Shown here in pieces: positions 48,319 through 58,212 of a DNA stretch of 60,838 nt (position 1 is the stretch's first letter; every line of letters starts with the position of its first letter). The DNA comes from a virus (Duplodnaviria; Caudoviricetes): positions 1 to 60,838 of IMG/VR virus record IMGVR_UViG_3300048635_000011; one strand, given 5' to 3'. A program made the position numbers and the translations under genes. The notes beneath the pieces were generated by a model. That model searched no databases, had not been told where the DNA came from, and saw nothing but the letters and a program-made list of their open reading frames with translations.

Positions 48319-49908
48319 TTAGGCTATATATGAATCTATGTCTTCGTAATCATCTGTTTCTATAGTATCCCATAATTCAGGCGATTCTTTCTTTGGTTTG
48401 ATAGGTAGGTTTGCAGAAGGTTTCCAAGGTGTCATATTAGCTAACATGCTAATGGTATCTATAAAGTCATCATGCTTGCTTTTAAAGGCACTCTTAGTTG
48501 CTAACTTAAGCTCATTAAGTGCTTCTTGTATCTCCTTACTTTCTTTCCGTTCTTCTGGAAAATAAATCCTATTCATTTTGAACCAAGGTACTACCACATT
48601 AAACCTTGTTATCTTATCTGTTACAGGTCTTATACCTACTGTAGTACCATCTTTATCTTTTGCTAAGGGGAAGAACACATTTCTACTCATCATCTCATTT
48701 TGAATCCAAGATACAAATCCTTTTTGTTGTCCTGATATTTCGATACCTACTGATTGTGGATTGTACTCTTGGGCTAGTCTAAAGAGGTCTTCTATGTTCT
48801 TATCCATCAGTTGCTTCTCTACTATACCGTCTACCCAAAACCAATCACCATTATTATTATATGCCCATACACTTATAACAGAGTAATCAGCACTGTTCTT
48901 ACTACTAGTAGCAAAGTCAGTAGTAATGTAGAAGTTAAAGCTACCTCTATTCTTTAATAAGGAAGCTCTCCTATACCAACTAATATCACAATCTTGTATT
49001 AACCTATCTTCATCACTCATAATCCGTAACATAAGTTCTTGGTTAAAGGTATCAATCTTACCTGAGTTCCTAGCCTTCTCATATTGGCTCAATACATAGT
49101 CATAATCAAATCTGTCTTCCCATGCTCCTTTAAAGTCTTCCCTCTTAACAGGGAACTTCTCACATACAGGGAACACATTAGCGTACCAAGCACCTGATTC
49201 AATAGCCTTGTACAAAGGATCACGGGCATTAAACGGAGTACCAGACCATATAGTTTTTCTTCTGGTAGGATGTAATGCGTAGTCAACAGCTTTATAAATG
49301 GTGTCTTCTATACTTGCTATTACTGTTGGACTCCTAGCATCATCATCTGATATTAAGTCATCAAGTACAGCAAGTACTGGTCTTTGCCCTTGCTCTTTTG
49401 CACCTCTGACTCCAGTCTTAGCCCCATAGCCCCTAACTATAAACTTATGTCCTGATAAATTAGTAAACTCATAACGTACATCAGTAAACCTAGTATGTGG
49501 TATATAATGCTGTAAGAACTCAGAGTTTTGCCACCTATATTCTAAGTTCTTCCTCATATTCTTAACACCATTCTCTATACTATCTGAAACGTATAAAGCA
49601 AAGCTAATATCCCCAAACTGAGGTAAACTCCCATACACAGCTACATACAAGAAGAGATACTCTCCCAAAACTGTAGTTTTTGCAAGACCTCTACTACACA
49701 TATTACAGATACCTTTCTTACTACCTGCTATCTGGTCTAACATCTTATAGTGTACTACTGGAGTCTTATGTTCCTCTCCAGTACCACCATTAACTAATTT
49801 AATAAAACTAACAAACTCTAAAGCAAAATCACTTGGTATGTAATTTGGATTATCCTCATAATCTACATCATTTAAGTAGTCTTCTACTTGTTTTTTAATC
49901 ATTCCCAT
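48319..49908 (-). CDS. terL: Terminase large subunit (N4 gp68-like)
   Basis: RGLAKTT Walker A, VLDDL Walker B, GTPFN, TTDFATS, HDDFIDTISML. Confidence 0.97.
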   Translation of the reverse strand: MGMIKKQVEDYLNDVDYEDNPNYIPSDFALEFVSFIKLVNGGTGEEHKTPVVHYKMLDQIAGSKKGICNMCSRGLAKTTVLGEYLFLYVAVYGSLPQFGDISFALYVSDSIENGVKNMRKNLEYRWQNSEFLQHYIPHTRFTDVRYEFTNLSGHKFIVRGYGAKTGVRGAKEQGQRPVLAVLDDLISDDDARSPTVIASIEDTIYKAVDYALHPTRRKTIWSGTPFNARDPLYKAIESGAWYANVFPVCEKFPVKREDFKGAWEDRFDYDYVLSQYEKARNSGKIDTFNQELMLRIMSDEDRLIQDCDISWYRRASLLKNRGSFNFYITTDFATSSKNSADYSVISVWAYNNNGDWFWVDGIVEKQLMDKNIEDLFRLAQEYNPQSVGIEISGQQKGFVSWIQNEMMSRNVFFPLAKDKDGTTVGIRPVTDKITRFNVVVPWFKMNRIYFPEERKESKEIQEALNELKLATKSAFKSKHDDFIDTISMLANMTPWKPSANLPIKPKKESPELWDTIETDDYEDIDSYIA

Positions 49909-50098
49909 TACAATACTCTGGTTTAGTTTCTTTAGTTAATTTACGAATAATACAATTTGTTTTATATGCCCATATTAAAGTAGGTCTAACTCCTTCAGGT
50001 ATATCAGGTATACTACTTAGTGCGGAGTAATCTTTCACAAGTTTTACTTGGGTTGTACATCCTGTCAATAATATCGTCAATAGTAACATTATCTTCAT
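49895..50098 (-). CDS. Putative o-spanin lipoprotein
   Basis: Lipobox LLTGC; overlaps the upstream TM gene in the lysis cassette. Confidence 0.7.
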   Translation of the reverse strand: MKIMLLLTILLTGCTTQVKLVKDYSALSSIPDIPEGVRPTLIWAYKTNCIIRKLTKETKPEYCNGND

Positions 50099-50222
50099 TA
50101 TAATATCCTTTAATTTCTTTAGTTAAGTTAGCATGTTCTTCTCCTGCTAACACCCCCATCTTATACATACCACCTACAGCTATTGCTAATAAAATGGTAA
50201 CTCCTATATCTGATAAACTCAT
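50013..50222 (-). CDS. Putative i-spanin
   Basis: N-terminal TM, follows endolysin, overlaps lipoprotein gene. Confidence 0.6.
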   Translation of the reverse strand: MSLSDIGVTILLAIAVGGMYKMGVLAGEEHANLTKEIKGYYNEDNVTIDDIIDRMYNPSKTCERLLRTK

Positions 50223-51886
50223 AAGTATCCATTATCCTCCAAGTACGCTTTCATTACTTTAAAATGTGGGTACAACGCTAATAAAAGTACCCCACCTAAT
50301 ATATAAGGAGTATAAGCAGTAGCTCCTAATTGAGCTTGTAGCGTAGTAATTTGGTTACTCAATTCGGTAACACTTTCTCTACTTTGAGTTAGTTGCTCTG
50401 TTATCTTAGAAAACACATCACCATTGCGTATTAACTCCTCTGCTACTCCAACTTTCACAACAGCCCCTGTTGTGTTGTTCCGCATTGTTCTACTTTTGTG
50501 TAGTTTTTTACGAGTACCACCTTGCTTAAGGGCTATAGTATAATTTTTTATTAATTTAGCTACGTAATCATCTTTACCATCATGGTTTTTATCTACTACT
50601 TTAACTCCATTATAATATCTTTTAATCTTTTTCCAATCCTTATTTTGTAAGGCTGTCATTAATCGGGTATTATTCTCTAAGAAACCTAGAAAAGCTAGTA
50701 GTTGCCCTTCTTCTGTGAATTGGGCATCATGGAATGCAAATACATCCTCAAACCCACTAACTTTCCAATTACTCCCTAATATTTGGTACTTACCCCAACT
50801 ACAAGCTTCAATAGCAGCTTCCTTATGCACCCTATATGCCTTTTTAAATCTATCTTGTTGCCTTTGTAACGTACCGTACTTGAAATAAGCCCTTTTACCT
50901 ATTAAATCTTTAATACTAGGGTCTTGCATTGCAAGTTTACTAGCACTTAGCCCATACTTCCTTAAAGCTTCTGTAAATTTATGTCTTTCAAATAGTATTC
51001 TTGGATTCCCCTTGTAGAAACCCTTGTTATCCGACTCACTTTTTATAATAGCCCACAATATAGCTAATTCTATATTATGAATTTCACTAAATTCTTCTAA
51101 ATTACTATACACTTTTGTAACCCCCTCTAATTCTTTGTTAGTAAACCCAATAAAGTTGTTATTAGTAGTAGCCCATACAGTCCCTTTTAACCCTGCTATA
51201 CGTATTTTACCTTCTAAAGTATTATTTATACCTCCTATAGTAGAATCTGCTAAAGAATTAAACACAATAGGATACACATAATGCCCAACTACACGTAGCT
51301 TATTTAAGCCAAGATTAAAATTACTATAATTACACGCCTCGCTACACATAATACCTTGGCTACCACCCATATCAACATCAATAGAATGTATTGTTATATT
51401 ACTAATACTGCCTTCTGTATCTATACTGTAACCATCCTCTTTAACTGCATACGCATGAAAACCTGTATCTACGTGATACCCATCAATATAACCTTTATTA
51501 AAAGCTAGTAAGGTAGAATCATACACCTGCTCATTATGTCGTATTAAACACTCTTCTACAGTCTCATTACCTTTTCTTTTACACCTACTATAGGGTCTAG
51601 TCGGGGTAGAGTTATAGGTAGTGTATTCTTTGATTAAGAGGTTGCTTGCTCTAATATTCATAGCGTCCCCTCCATAGTTTTTAAAGGTTACCTCTTCTAT
51701 AGTTACCATAGGGTTACCTAATAAAACCAAAGGGATAAACACATTACTAATAACTAGTTTTCTTATACTAACTGGCTCTTCTGCTTTTATGTATAATCCT
51801 ATATCTGTGTTTCTATTTGTACCCTCTATTTGTATAGTATCATACACACCACCACTAATCTTTCTTAGTATTGTGCTCATGTACAC
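50219..51886 (-). CDS. Endolysin: beta-helix-like N-domain + N-acetylmuramidase (DUF3380) + C-terminal hydrophobic helix
   Basis: AIIKSES...P.ILFERHKF, A..ACSWG.YQILG.NW...GF, E..QL.AF..F, W......YNG. Confidence 0.85.
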   Translation of the reverse strand: MYMSTILRKISGGVYDTIQIEGTNRNTDIGLYIKAEEPVSIRKLVISNVFIPLVLLGNPMVTIEEVTFKNYGGDAMNIRASNLLIKEYTTYNSTPTRPYSRCKRKGNETVEECLIRHNEQVYDSTLLAFNKGYIDGYHVDTGFHAYAVKEDGYSIDTEGSISNITIHSIDVDMGGSQGIMCSEACNYSNFNLGLNKLRVVGHYVYPIVFNSLADSTIGGINNTLEGKIRIAGLKGTVWATTNNNFIGFTNKELEGVTKVYSNLEEFSEIHNIELAILWAIIKSESDNKGFYKGNPRILFERHKFTEALRKYGLSASKLAMQDPSIKDLIGKRAYFKYGTLQRQQDRFKKAYRVHKEAAIEACSWGKYQILGSNWKVSGFEDVFAFHDAQFTEEGQLLAFLGFLENNTRLMTALQNKDWKKIKRYYNGVKVVDKNHDGKDDYVAKLIKNYTIALKQGGTRKKLHKSRTMRNNTTGAVVKVGVAEELIRNGDVFSKITEQLTQSRESVTELSNQITTLQAQLGATAYTPYILGGVLLLALYPHFKVMKAYLEDNGYL

Positions 51887-52238
51887 TCCTTATTATAGTG
51901 ACATCTCCCTTATTATTTACTTCTAATCCATACTTTTGTAGTAGTTTCTTAGTGATAGCTGTGGGTAAATGTTTACTAATTAACGTAATTATAGGGATAC
52001 TAATCAAACTTGTTATAGTAGCAAGTGCTAATTTAACATCTTCTCCTAAACCAAGATAATCCACTACTGGTTCAATAATTCCATAAGTTAAAGTTACACT
52101 AGCTCCTACCGCGTATAACGTAAATAGTAGTGTAGCTTTACCTTTATAAGCTTGTAGTAAGGAACTGGTTAGTACTGCTCCCACTAAGGTTATTTTACCT
52201 TTATATATTACAAACCATGCTGATACTTCTGTGATCAT
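51855..52238 (-). CDS. Putative holin
   Basis: About 3 TM segments, basic C-terminus, directly upstream of endolysin. Confidence 0.7.
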   Translation of the reverse strand: MITEVSAWFVIYKGKITLVGAVLTSSLLQAYKGKATLLFTLYAVGASVTLTYGIIEPVVDYLGLGEDVKLALATITSLISIPIITLISKHLPTAITKKLLQKYGLEVNNKGDVTIIRSVHEHNTKKD

Positions 52239-52960
52239 TAATCCCCCTTATGCTCTATTATTATTGGTTTATGCGCTATTTCCTTAGCAGTAGAAGCACC
52301 TGCTTCTAATAGTTTCCTTTGTTGAGTTACTAACTCATAGGTTGCTTTTCTTAAATCTGCAATACTCTGATCTTCTTTAATTGATACATCTAGCTCCACC
52401 TTAGTAGCTTCAGGTACTTTTAAGTGAGTTAGTAGACTACTTGCACTATCACTTCTTACTTTAGGGCTAATTGTTGTATCACTCATTAAGGAAGCCAATG
52501 TATTAATTGCCCGTTGGTGTACATCAGCGTTTAGTATATGACTAGGCACTAAAGTCTGCTCCACTATAAGATTTACTAACTTATTCTTATTATATGCAGC
52601 AACGAAAGCACTAATCTTCTTCTCAGTAGCACCTTCCTTCAGTAAACGGCTATACCTATCAGGGAATGTTTTAGTATAAGCTACTACATTAGTATCCCCT
52701 AACATTTTGTGACTACAATACCTTACAGCAGATAAATAATCTTGCATTTTATACTTACCTGTAGCTAGGACACTAGTGAAAGATAGTAAGTTCTCACGAT
52801 ACACTTCTCTTAAAGCAGTATCACCTTGAACCAAATTATTAATATTGGTTACCATTTCATCATTAATAGTAGCTCCTAATTGTTTATTAGGCATTACTCT
52901 TTTAAATTGTTCTATTGATATTAAATCCATTATATTTCCTCTATTGTAGTTGCGAATCAT
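52238..52960 (-). CDS. Terminase small subunit (N4 gp69-like); start probably at MDLIS
   Basis: RENL.SF..VL..GKYK..DY..AV.Y.SHK..G.TN..AY..TFPDRY; S.KVR.D.A.SLLTHLK. Confidence 0.88.
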   Translation of the reverse strand: MIRNYNRGNIMDLISIEQFKRVMPNKQLGATINDEMVTNINNLVQGDTALREVYRENLLSFTSVLATGKYKMQDYLSAVRYCSHKMLGDTNVVAYTKTFPDRYSRLLKEGATEKKISAFVAAYNKNKLVNLIVEQTLVPSHILNADVHQRAINTLASLMSDTTISPKVRSDSASSLLTHLKVPEATKVELDVSIKEDQSIADLRKATYELVTQQRKLLEAGASTAKEIAHKPIIIEHKGD

Positions 52961-53430
52961 TCTTATTTAGAAAGTTGCACAGTATAATTTTTAAGATAGT
53001 ATGTAGAAAGATTATGTATTTCAAATTATTTTGACATAAGTTAGTAATCAGGTTTTTCAAAATTTTAAATTATTTTGACATAGTGTAGTACTACCTCACC
53101 TTACTATACCTAATAGGTATACCCCCCTATAGATACCCCTATAGATAGATATTAATAGTTCCTACTAGCTTATACTTATACCTCACCTATACTATACATA
53201 GCTTATACATATACCATACATCTAGTACATAACTAGCTCATAACTAGTACATAACTTATAGTGTAATACACAGTAGTTATCTCAATATAACTTATAGGTT
53301 CTACTCCTACCTAAACATACCCTCAATACTATACCATACCACACATCCTACCTATTGGTTACCTATACTATACATTATACTCCTCACATATCCCATAGTG
53401 GGTATACTACACTACCTACTAGTAGATACA
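52961..53430. other. Non-coding strand-switch region, probable genome terminus/packaging region
   Basis: Between divergent late and early blocks; direct repeat AAATTATTTTGACATA (53023, 53067); G-poor low-complexity tract ~53084-53430. Confidence 0.55.
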
Positions 53431-53487
53431 TCAGCAAAACATATATTTAAAAACATAGCAATCATGCTACACATAAGGAGAAGTACT

Positions 53488-53739
53488 ATGCACAATACTT
53501 TTAAAGAAGCCTACCTAGAGTGGGAAACAGAACAGAAGAACAGTAGAAGAATGATAACTCGTACCTATAGAGTAAGAGGACTCGACCATAATAACTTTAA
53601 GCTACTAGGCTTGAAGGACATAGGGAGTACTGCCTATAGAGGTACAAGCTGGGAGCATTACTACATTGGTATTATCCGTAGTACCAATGTGGCTATTCTA
53701 GTTAATGGAGAGCATATAGTTATATCAGAATACTGTTAA
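53488..53739 (+). CDS. First early hypothetical protein
   Basis: ATG 53488 after AAGGAG and cassette 1. Confidence 0.7.
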   Translation: MHNTFKEAYLEWETEQKNSRRMITRTYRVRGLDHNNFKLLGLKDIGSTAYRGTSWEHYYIGIIRSTNVAILVNGEHIVISEYC

Positions 53740-53844
53740 GACCGCTAACATCACCTATTCAAACGTAGGTGATAGAGTAAACTTTCGTAAAACATTTTTT
53801 TAAAAAACATAGCAATAATGCTAATTAAACAAGAGGAAAATACC

Positions 53845-54186
53845 ATGTCAAATTCAAACAAAGAGCAAGTAAGAAATTCAGAGTTCAAGAAGCTAGGAAA
53901 GTGGGCTAAAATGTCGAAAGCAATAGACAATCTATTAGATGCAATCCTTGGTGGTACTAACACTGTTGCAAACGTAGTACTAGATGCAAGTGACGTTGTT
54001 GATAATACTTCTGCTACAGCTAAAGAGTATATTGATGGTGAGTTGCTAGGTTGGAGAATGGATGCAATCAAATCAACAAATGATGCTGTACACAAGTATC
54101 AAAAAGAGAAGAAGTCTATAGCTCAAATGAAGGAAGAGAATGATGCAACTTTCAAAGCTCTAAACCTTCGTGGCAAGAACAAGTAA
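53845..54186 (+). CDS. Early protein, possibly N4 gp1-like
   Basis: ATG 53845 after GAGGA; amphipathic AILGGTNTVANVV helix and position suggest gp1-like (weak). Confidence 0.6.
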   Translation: MSNSNKEQVRNSEFKKLGKWAKMSKAIDNLLDAILGGTNTVANVVLDASDVVDNTSATAKEYIDGELLGWRMDAIKSTNDAVHKYQKEKKSIAQMKEENDATFKALNLRGKNK

Positions 54187-54239
54187 CCTAACCAAACCAC
54201 TAGCAATCCTGTTAGTGGTTCAACCTTTGGAGTAATACC

Positions 54240-54458
54240 ATGAATAAAATAGATTACAGTGTAATGAGTGAGAAAGAATTAGTAGTAGCCTTTGATAAGT
54301 ATATGGTTAAGTGGAATAATATTGTTAATGCGATGGGTATTGTACCTAAGAAAATACCCACTTTCACTGATTGGCTTGAAGTTAAAGGCTTAGTGCATAA
54401 GTCACCTATGAATAAAGCAACAGAATTAGATGATTTCGATACTTCTATACCATTCTAA
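54240..54458 (+). CDS. Small early protein with SSB-C-terminus-like tail (DDFDTSIPF)
   Basis: GGAG RBS; acidic tail ending IPF. Confidence 0.75.
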   Translation: MNKIDYSVMSEKELVVAFDKYMVKWNNIVNAMGIVPKKIPTFTDWLEVKGLVHKSPMNKATELDDFDTSIPF

Positions 54459-54468
54459 CCTAACTAAT

Positions 54469-54492
54469 AGCTTACCCTTCGGGGTAAGCTTT
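54469..54492 (+). terminator. UUCG-tetraloop hairpin
   Basis: AGCTTACCC-TTCG-GGGTAAGCT then TT. Confidence 0.65.
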
Positions 54493-54553
54493 AAACTTTC
54501 GTAAAACACCTATTTAGAAACATAGCAATCCTGCTAACTAACTGGAACATATC

Positions 54554-55129
54554 ATGATACATCATCAAACCAATATACCTAACTACCCTTCCATATACAC
54601 TAACAAATTGATAAACCCTGACTTCTGTGATGGTGTTGCTATTATTGGTTCACTTCACTTATCTGATATTGAATCAGAGTGGATACTATCCCAAACTCTA
54701 CGTGCTATTGCTGCTGGCTATACCATTGTAACAGGGAACGCTATTGGGGCTGATACTATTGGTGCTAGTCAAGCACTCCTTAATAAATCCCGCCTAATAT
54801 CTGTACTCCCACATTCATTGGATTGGTTGGATTGGGCTAGAAACCAACAACTAAATCGGGACTGTATGGCTAGTGATACTACTCTACTCTTATCACCCTT
54901 CAAACAGGGGACTAAACTAGTACGTGCTAACTTCTTATACCGTAATGGCTTAGTAGCCCAATTCAGTAAATACGTTATAGCTGTTAATAACGAGTCTCAC
55001 GGTGGGGGTACTGGTAACACCATAAACCATGCTCTTAAACTAAAACGACCAGTGCGCCTATACGATACCTCTGGTACAACTTGGTGGAAACGCTTACCTA
55101 ACAAGCATCTACTAAACATCATAACATAA
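54554..55129 (+). CDS. DprA/Smf-like SLOG-superfamily protein
   Basis: VAIIGS, TIVTGNAIGADT, LLLSPF..GT.....FL.RN.LVA..S, GGT.NT..HA....RPV. Confidence 0.85.
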   Translation: MIHHQTNIPNYPSIYTNKLINPDFCDGVAIIGSLHLSDIESEWILSQTLRAIAAGYTIVTGNAIGADTIGASQALLNKSRLISVLPHSLDWLDWARNQQLNRDCMASDTTLLLSPFKQGTKLVRANFLYRNGLVAQFSKYVIAVNNESHGGGTGNTINHALKLKRPVRLYDTSGTTWWKRLPNKHLLNIIT

Positions 55130-55223
55130 ACAATAGCCTACCCTAGTGGTGGGCTTACTCTTTTTAAAACATTTTTTTAAAACCATAGCATAACTTTGTG
55201 CTACTATAACTGAGGAAATCACC

Positions 55224-55559
55224 ATGAACAATCACGTAAAAGCTTTAATCAGTCTCTTAGATTCAGAATACATGATCTATTCAGAGAACTTCGATCCTTC
55301 AACTTCACATCTTTCTAAGTCTTCTAAAATGATGACATTTGAAGAATTCTGCAAGCATGTTGACTTAGGAATAGCAAGTATGGCTCATGAATTTGAAGAG
55401 TACCTATTGAATATTGGATACCCACCTATCACACTAGCCGAGTATATAGAATACGATGTAGATGATGAAATAGCCTTTAAATCAGAGGAATCTCTAACTC
55501 CTGACGAATGGGCTAGAATCCATAATGATGATTATTTCATTAATGATATACCTTTCTAA
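55224..55559 (+). CDS. Acidic early protein with SSB-C-terminus-like tail (DDYFINDIPF)
   Basis: GAGGA RBS; ends NDIPF. Confidence 0.78.
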   Translation: MNNHVKALISLLDSEYMIYSENFDPSTSHLSKSSKMMTFEEFCKHVDLGIASMAHEFEEYLLNIGYPPITLAEYIEYDVDDEIAFKSEESLTPDEWARIHNDDYFINDIPF

Positions 55560-55653
55560 CCTAACTAATAACCTAACCTTAACTGGTTGGGTTTAAGTTT
55601 TTTAAAACACTATTTTAGAAGCATAGCAATATTGCTAACTTAGGAGAAATACC

Positions 55654-55872
55654 ATGAACAAAGAACAGAAGTTAAGACATAGACGTTTAGGTAAGATGTA
55701 TCTTAAAGCTATCAACTCAACTATAAAGAGATTGGAGAGAGTTTTAGATGTACTTGACCCTAATATGACTGGGCAAACTCAGCAAGTTAAAGAGTTAGAA
55801 GAGAAGCTAATATCAGCAGTCCAACTACGTAGAAAGATGGTGGATTGTTATTGGAACTATAAGGAAATTTAA
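55654..55872 (+). CDS. Early hypothetical protein
   Basis: AGGAG RBS after cassette 5. Confidence 0.72.
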   Translation: MNKEQKLRHRRLGKMYLKAINSTIKRLERVLDVLDPNMTGQTQQVKELEEKLISAVQLRRKMVDCYWNYKEI

Positions 55873-56145
55873 ACTAATACAGAGTCTCTTAATTGAGACT
55901 CTATTGGTTTCCCCGATTACACAACACACCTACAACGAATACTCCTTTGAAGCCGTTACTCCATTCAGGATTGGAGATAGTAACCCTCAGTAGCAGAGGA
56001 TAGTACCAACAGATTACACAACATAGTAGTTGTAGCTACCTAAGAAGTAAAGGATAGTAATTTACTTTGTAGTTTTTTAAAACACTTTTTTAAAGGAATA
56101 GTACAATAAGTACTAGTTATTTATACTTTATTAAAGGAGATCACC

Positions 56146-56472
56146 ATGATCACATTATACGTTAAAAACCAAGGCATTTACGACCTTACAAACGCAACTG
56201 TAATTATCGAAGATAACCATCTGCTTATTAACAACAATAATGTAGAGTTTACTACAGATATTACAGAGACAAGAAGCCGTGAAATATATGATAAAGATCC
56301 TCAGAACTTCCGTTTAAACATTGATAAGGCAGAAGAAAGCAACAAAAAAGAGCTAGTGGATGACTTGCACAACTTACTAGAAATACTATGGAAGTGGGAA
56401 ACCAATAGCATAGGAATACCAGCAGCAGGTAAGTGTTATATGTTCACTAACTTCCTAATATATATAAAATAG
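56146..56472 (+). CDS. Early hypothetical protein
   Basis: AAGGAG RBS after cassette 6. Confidence 0.72.
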   Translation: MITLYVKNQGIYDLTNATVIIEDNHLLINNNNVEFTTDITETRSREIYDKDPQNFRLNIDKAEESNKKELVDDLHNLLEILWKWETNSIGIPAAGKCYMFTNFLIYIK

Positions 56473-56522
56473 CCTAATAAATACCTTACACCCTATAGGG
56501 TACTAAACTAAGAGAAATAATT

Positions 56523-56756
56523 ATGAACTACGAAACTTATGTAAAAGAACTAACCCCTAATAAATTTACTGCTTATGTATGTGAAGAAAATGCTATATGG
56601 AATAGTGATTCTCACTTACTCAATTTAGAAGACGCTATAACTGAGTACGATAGTATTGACTTCGACAATGAGTCATTTGTTATAGGAGTAGGAGTAGCCA
56701 ATTCTAAGGAGAATGCCTTAATAGAGGCAAGCATGGACTTAGGTAAGCAATTATAA
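56523..56756 (+). CDS. Acidic early hypothetical protein
   Basis: 77 aa ORF between hairpins. Confidence 0.65.
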   Translation: MNYETYVKELTPNKFTAYVCEENAIWNSDSHLLNLEDAITEYDSIDFDNESFVIGVGVANSKENALIEASMDLGKQL

Positions 56757-56865
56757 CCACTTAACATCTGGACTCCTTATGGGGTCTTGGTGTTTAGATT
56801 ACACAAAAGATAAAACACTTTTTAAAAACAAAGGCAATTAAGCCATTAACTAAAGGAATTTAGCC

Positions 56866-57702
56866 ATGTCAATAGCAAGAGATATTCTCAATAAGACAAT
56901 GAAAGTAGTACCTACAGCACCATACAAAGATTATGTAGAAAGCTGTGAGTTCAAACAAGTAAAACCATTAGCAGAAAGCACATTCAATAAAGCACAAAAG
57001 GAAGCAATTATGAACCAAGATACAAATGTAGTAGATACAGAAGAGCAAGATACAAAAGTAATAGTAGATGAGTTCACAGTGGGTACTTCAGCAGTAGCAG
57101 ATGCATTCACAGAGGAAACCAAAGAGGGGGATTCTAATAAGGTATTGGCTCAATTAACTAGCTCAAAGAAGTTAAGCCCTACTGTATTCCTTAATAACCT
57201 ATATATACCACTAGCTGAATGGGTTATAGGACAGGAGTCTAAGGTACAACATTACCCTGTAGAGACTGTAAACCATAACACTAGAGGTAATAACTACTCT
57301 CCAACTATATTTGTAACAGAGGATAACTTACCTTTAGTTAAAGAGTTATCGTCACCTAATTCTACTTATGGGTTAGCTATGCAGATAACTTACCGTCTAC
57401 CTGCCTCAGATACAAATCCAGATGGTTCAAAGCGTTTAGACCTATCCAATAAGGATACTACTGAATTATCTAATGGTACATTCACAATATATGCTGTAAA
57501 AGAAGGAGAAGAGCCTGTATATCTGGGCAAGATTCCAGTTTATTACAAGGACGGTGGTCATGTAGCTATTTGTAATATAATCGCAAATGACGCATACAAC
57601 ACGGAGGTACAGGGTGGAGTATTTGATCATGAGTATCTCTATCCTTTAAAGTATGGGACTATCAAAGGTTCTAACCCAACTATGCAGTCATTACTAGACT
57701 AA
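56866..57702 (+). CDS. Early hypothetical protein
   Basis: AAGGA RBS after cassette 7; 278 aa. Confidence 0.75.
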   Translation: MSIARDILNKTMKVVPTAPYKDYVESCEFKQVKPLAESTFNKAQKEAIMNQDTNVVDTEEQDTKVIVDEFTVGTSAVADAFTEETKEGDSNKVLAQLTSSKKLSPTVFLNNLYIPLAEWVIGQESKVQHYPVETVNHNTRGNNYSPTIFVTEDNLPLVKELSSPNSTYGLAMQITYRLPASDTNPDGSKRLDLSNKDTTELSNGTFTIYAVKEGEEPVYLGKIPVYYKDGGHVAICNIIANDAYNTEVQGGVFDHEYLYPLKYGTIKGSNPTMQSLLD

Positions 57703-57750
57703 TCAACACGGAGTCCTATTCTGGGACTCCTATAACCAAGGTAACATACC

Positions 57751-58122
57751 ATGAACAACAACGAAGCAACATTAATAGGTTTACTCATTGCAGTAGTTAC
57801 ACTCTCATTCAAAGCAGTAGTATTCATAGTAAAGATAATACTAGCTGTAGTAGCTGGTGTAGGAATCACTATATGGTCTATCTATATGGCTTCTAAACAT
57901 GGAGCATTATATGAGAAGAAAGAAGCAGAAAGACATGATTTACTCCTATCTATCTTAATAAATATGAGTAGCCAACCTCTCGGATTAAACCTTTTAAACC
58001 TAGAACAAGTAGCACAAGAAGCTAGTAATCACTGGTATCTACTTAATCGTCCTATTGATGAACCATTTGATGTTATAGAGGTAGAGTATGCTCTCAGTGT
58101 ATTAGACCTAAGCTTACTATAA
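57751..58122 (+). CDS. Early membrane protein
   Basis: Long hydrophobic N-terminal segment. Confidence 0.7.
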   Translation: MNNNEATLIGLLIAVVTLSFKAVVFIVKIILAVVAGVGITIWSIYMASKHGALYEKKEAERHDLLLSILINMSSQPLGLNLLNLEQVAQEASNHWYLLNRPIDEPFDVIEVEYALSVLDLSLL

Positions 58123-58212
58123 TCTAATACCCTAGCCTTCGTGGTTAGGGTTTAACTTTCGCAAAACACTTTTTTAGATAGGTAGTAATTACGCTATAAC
58201 TGGAGAGAGCCA

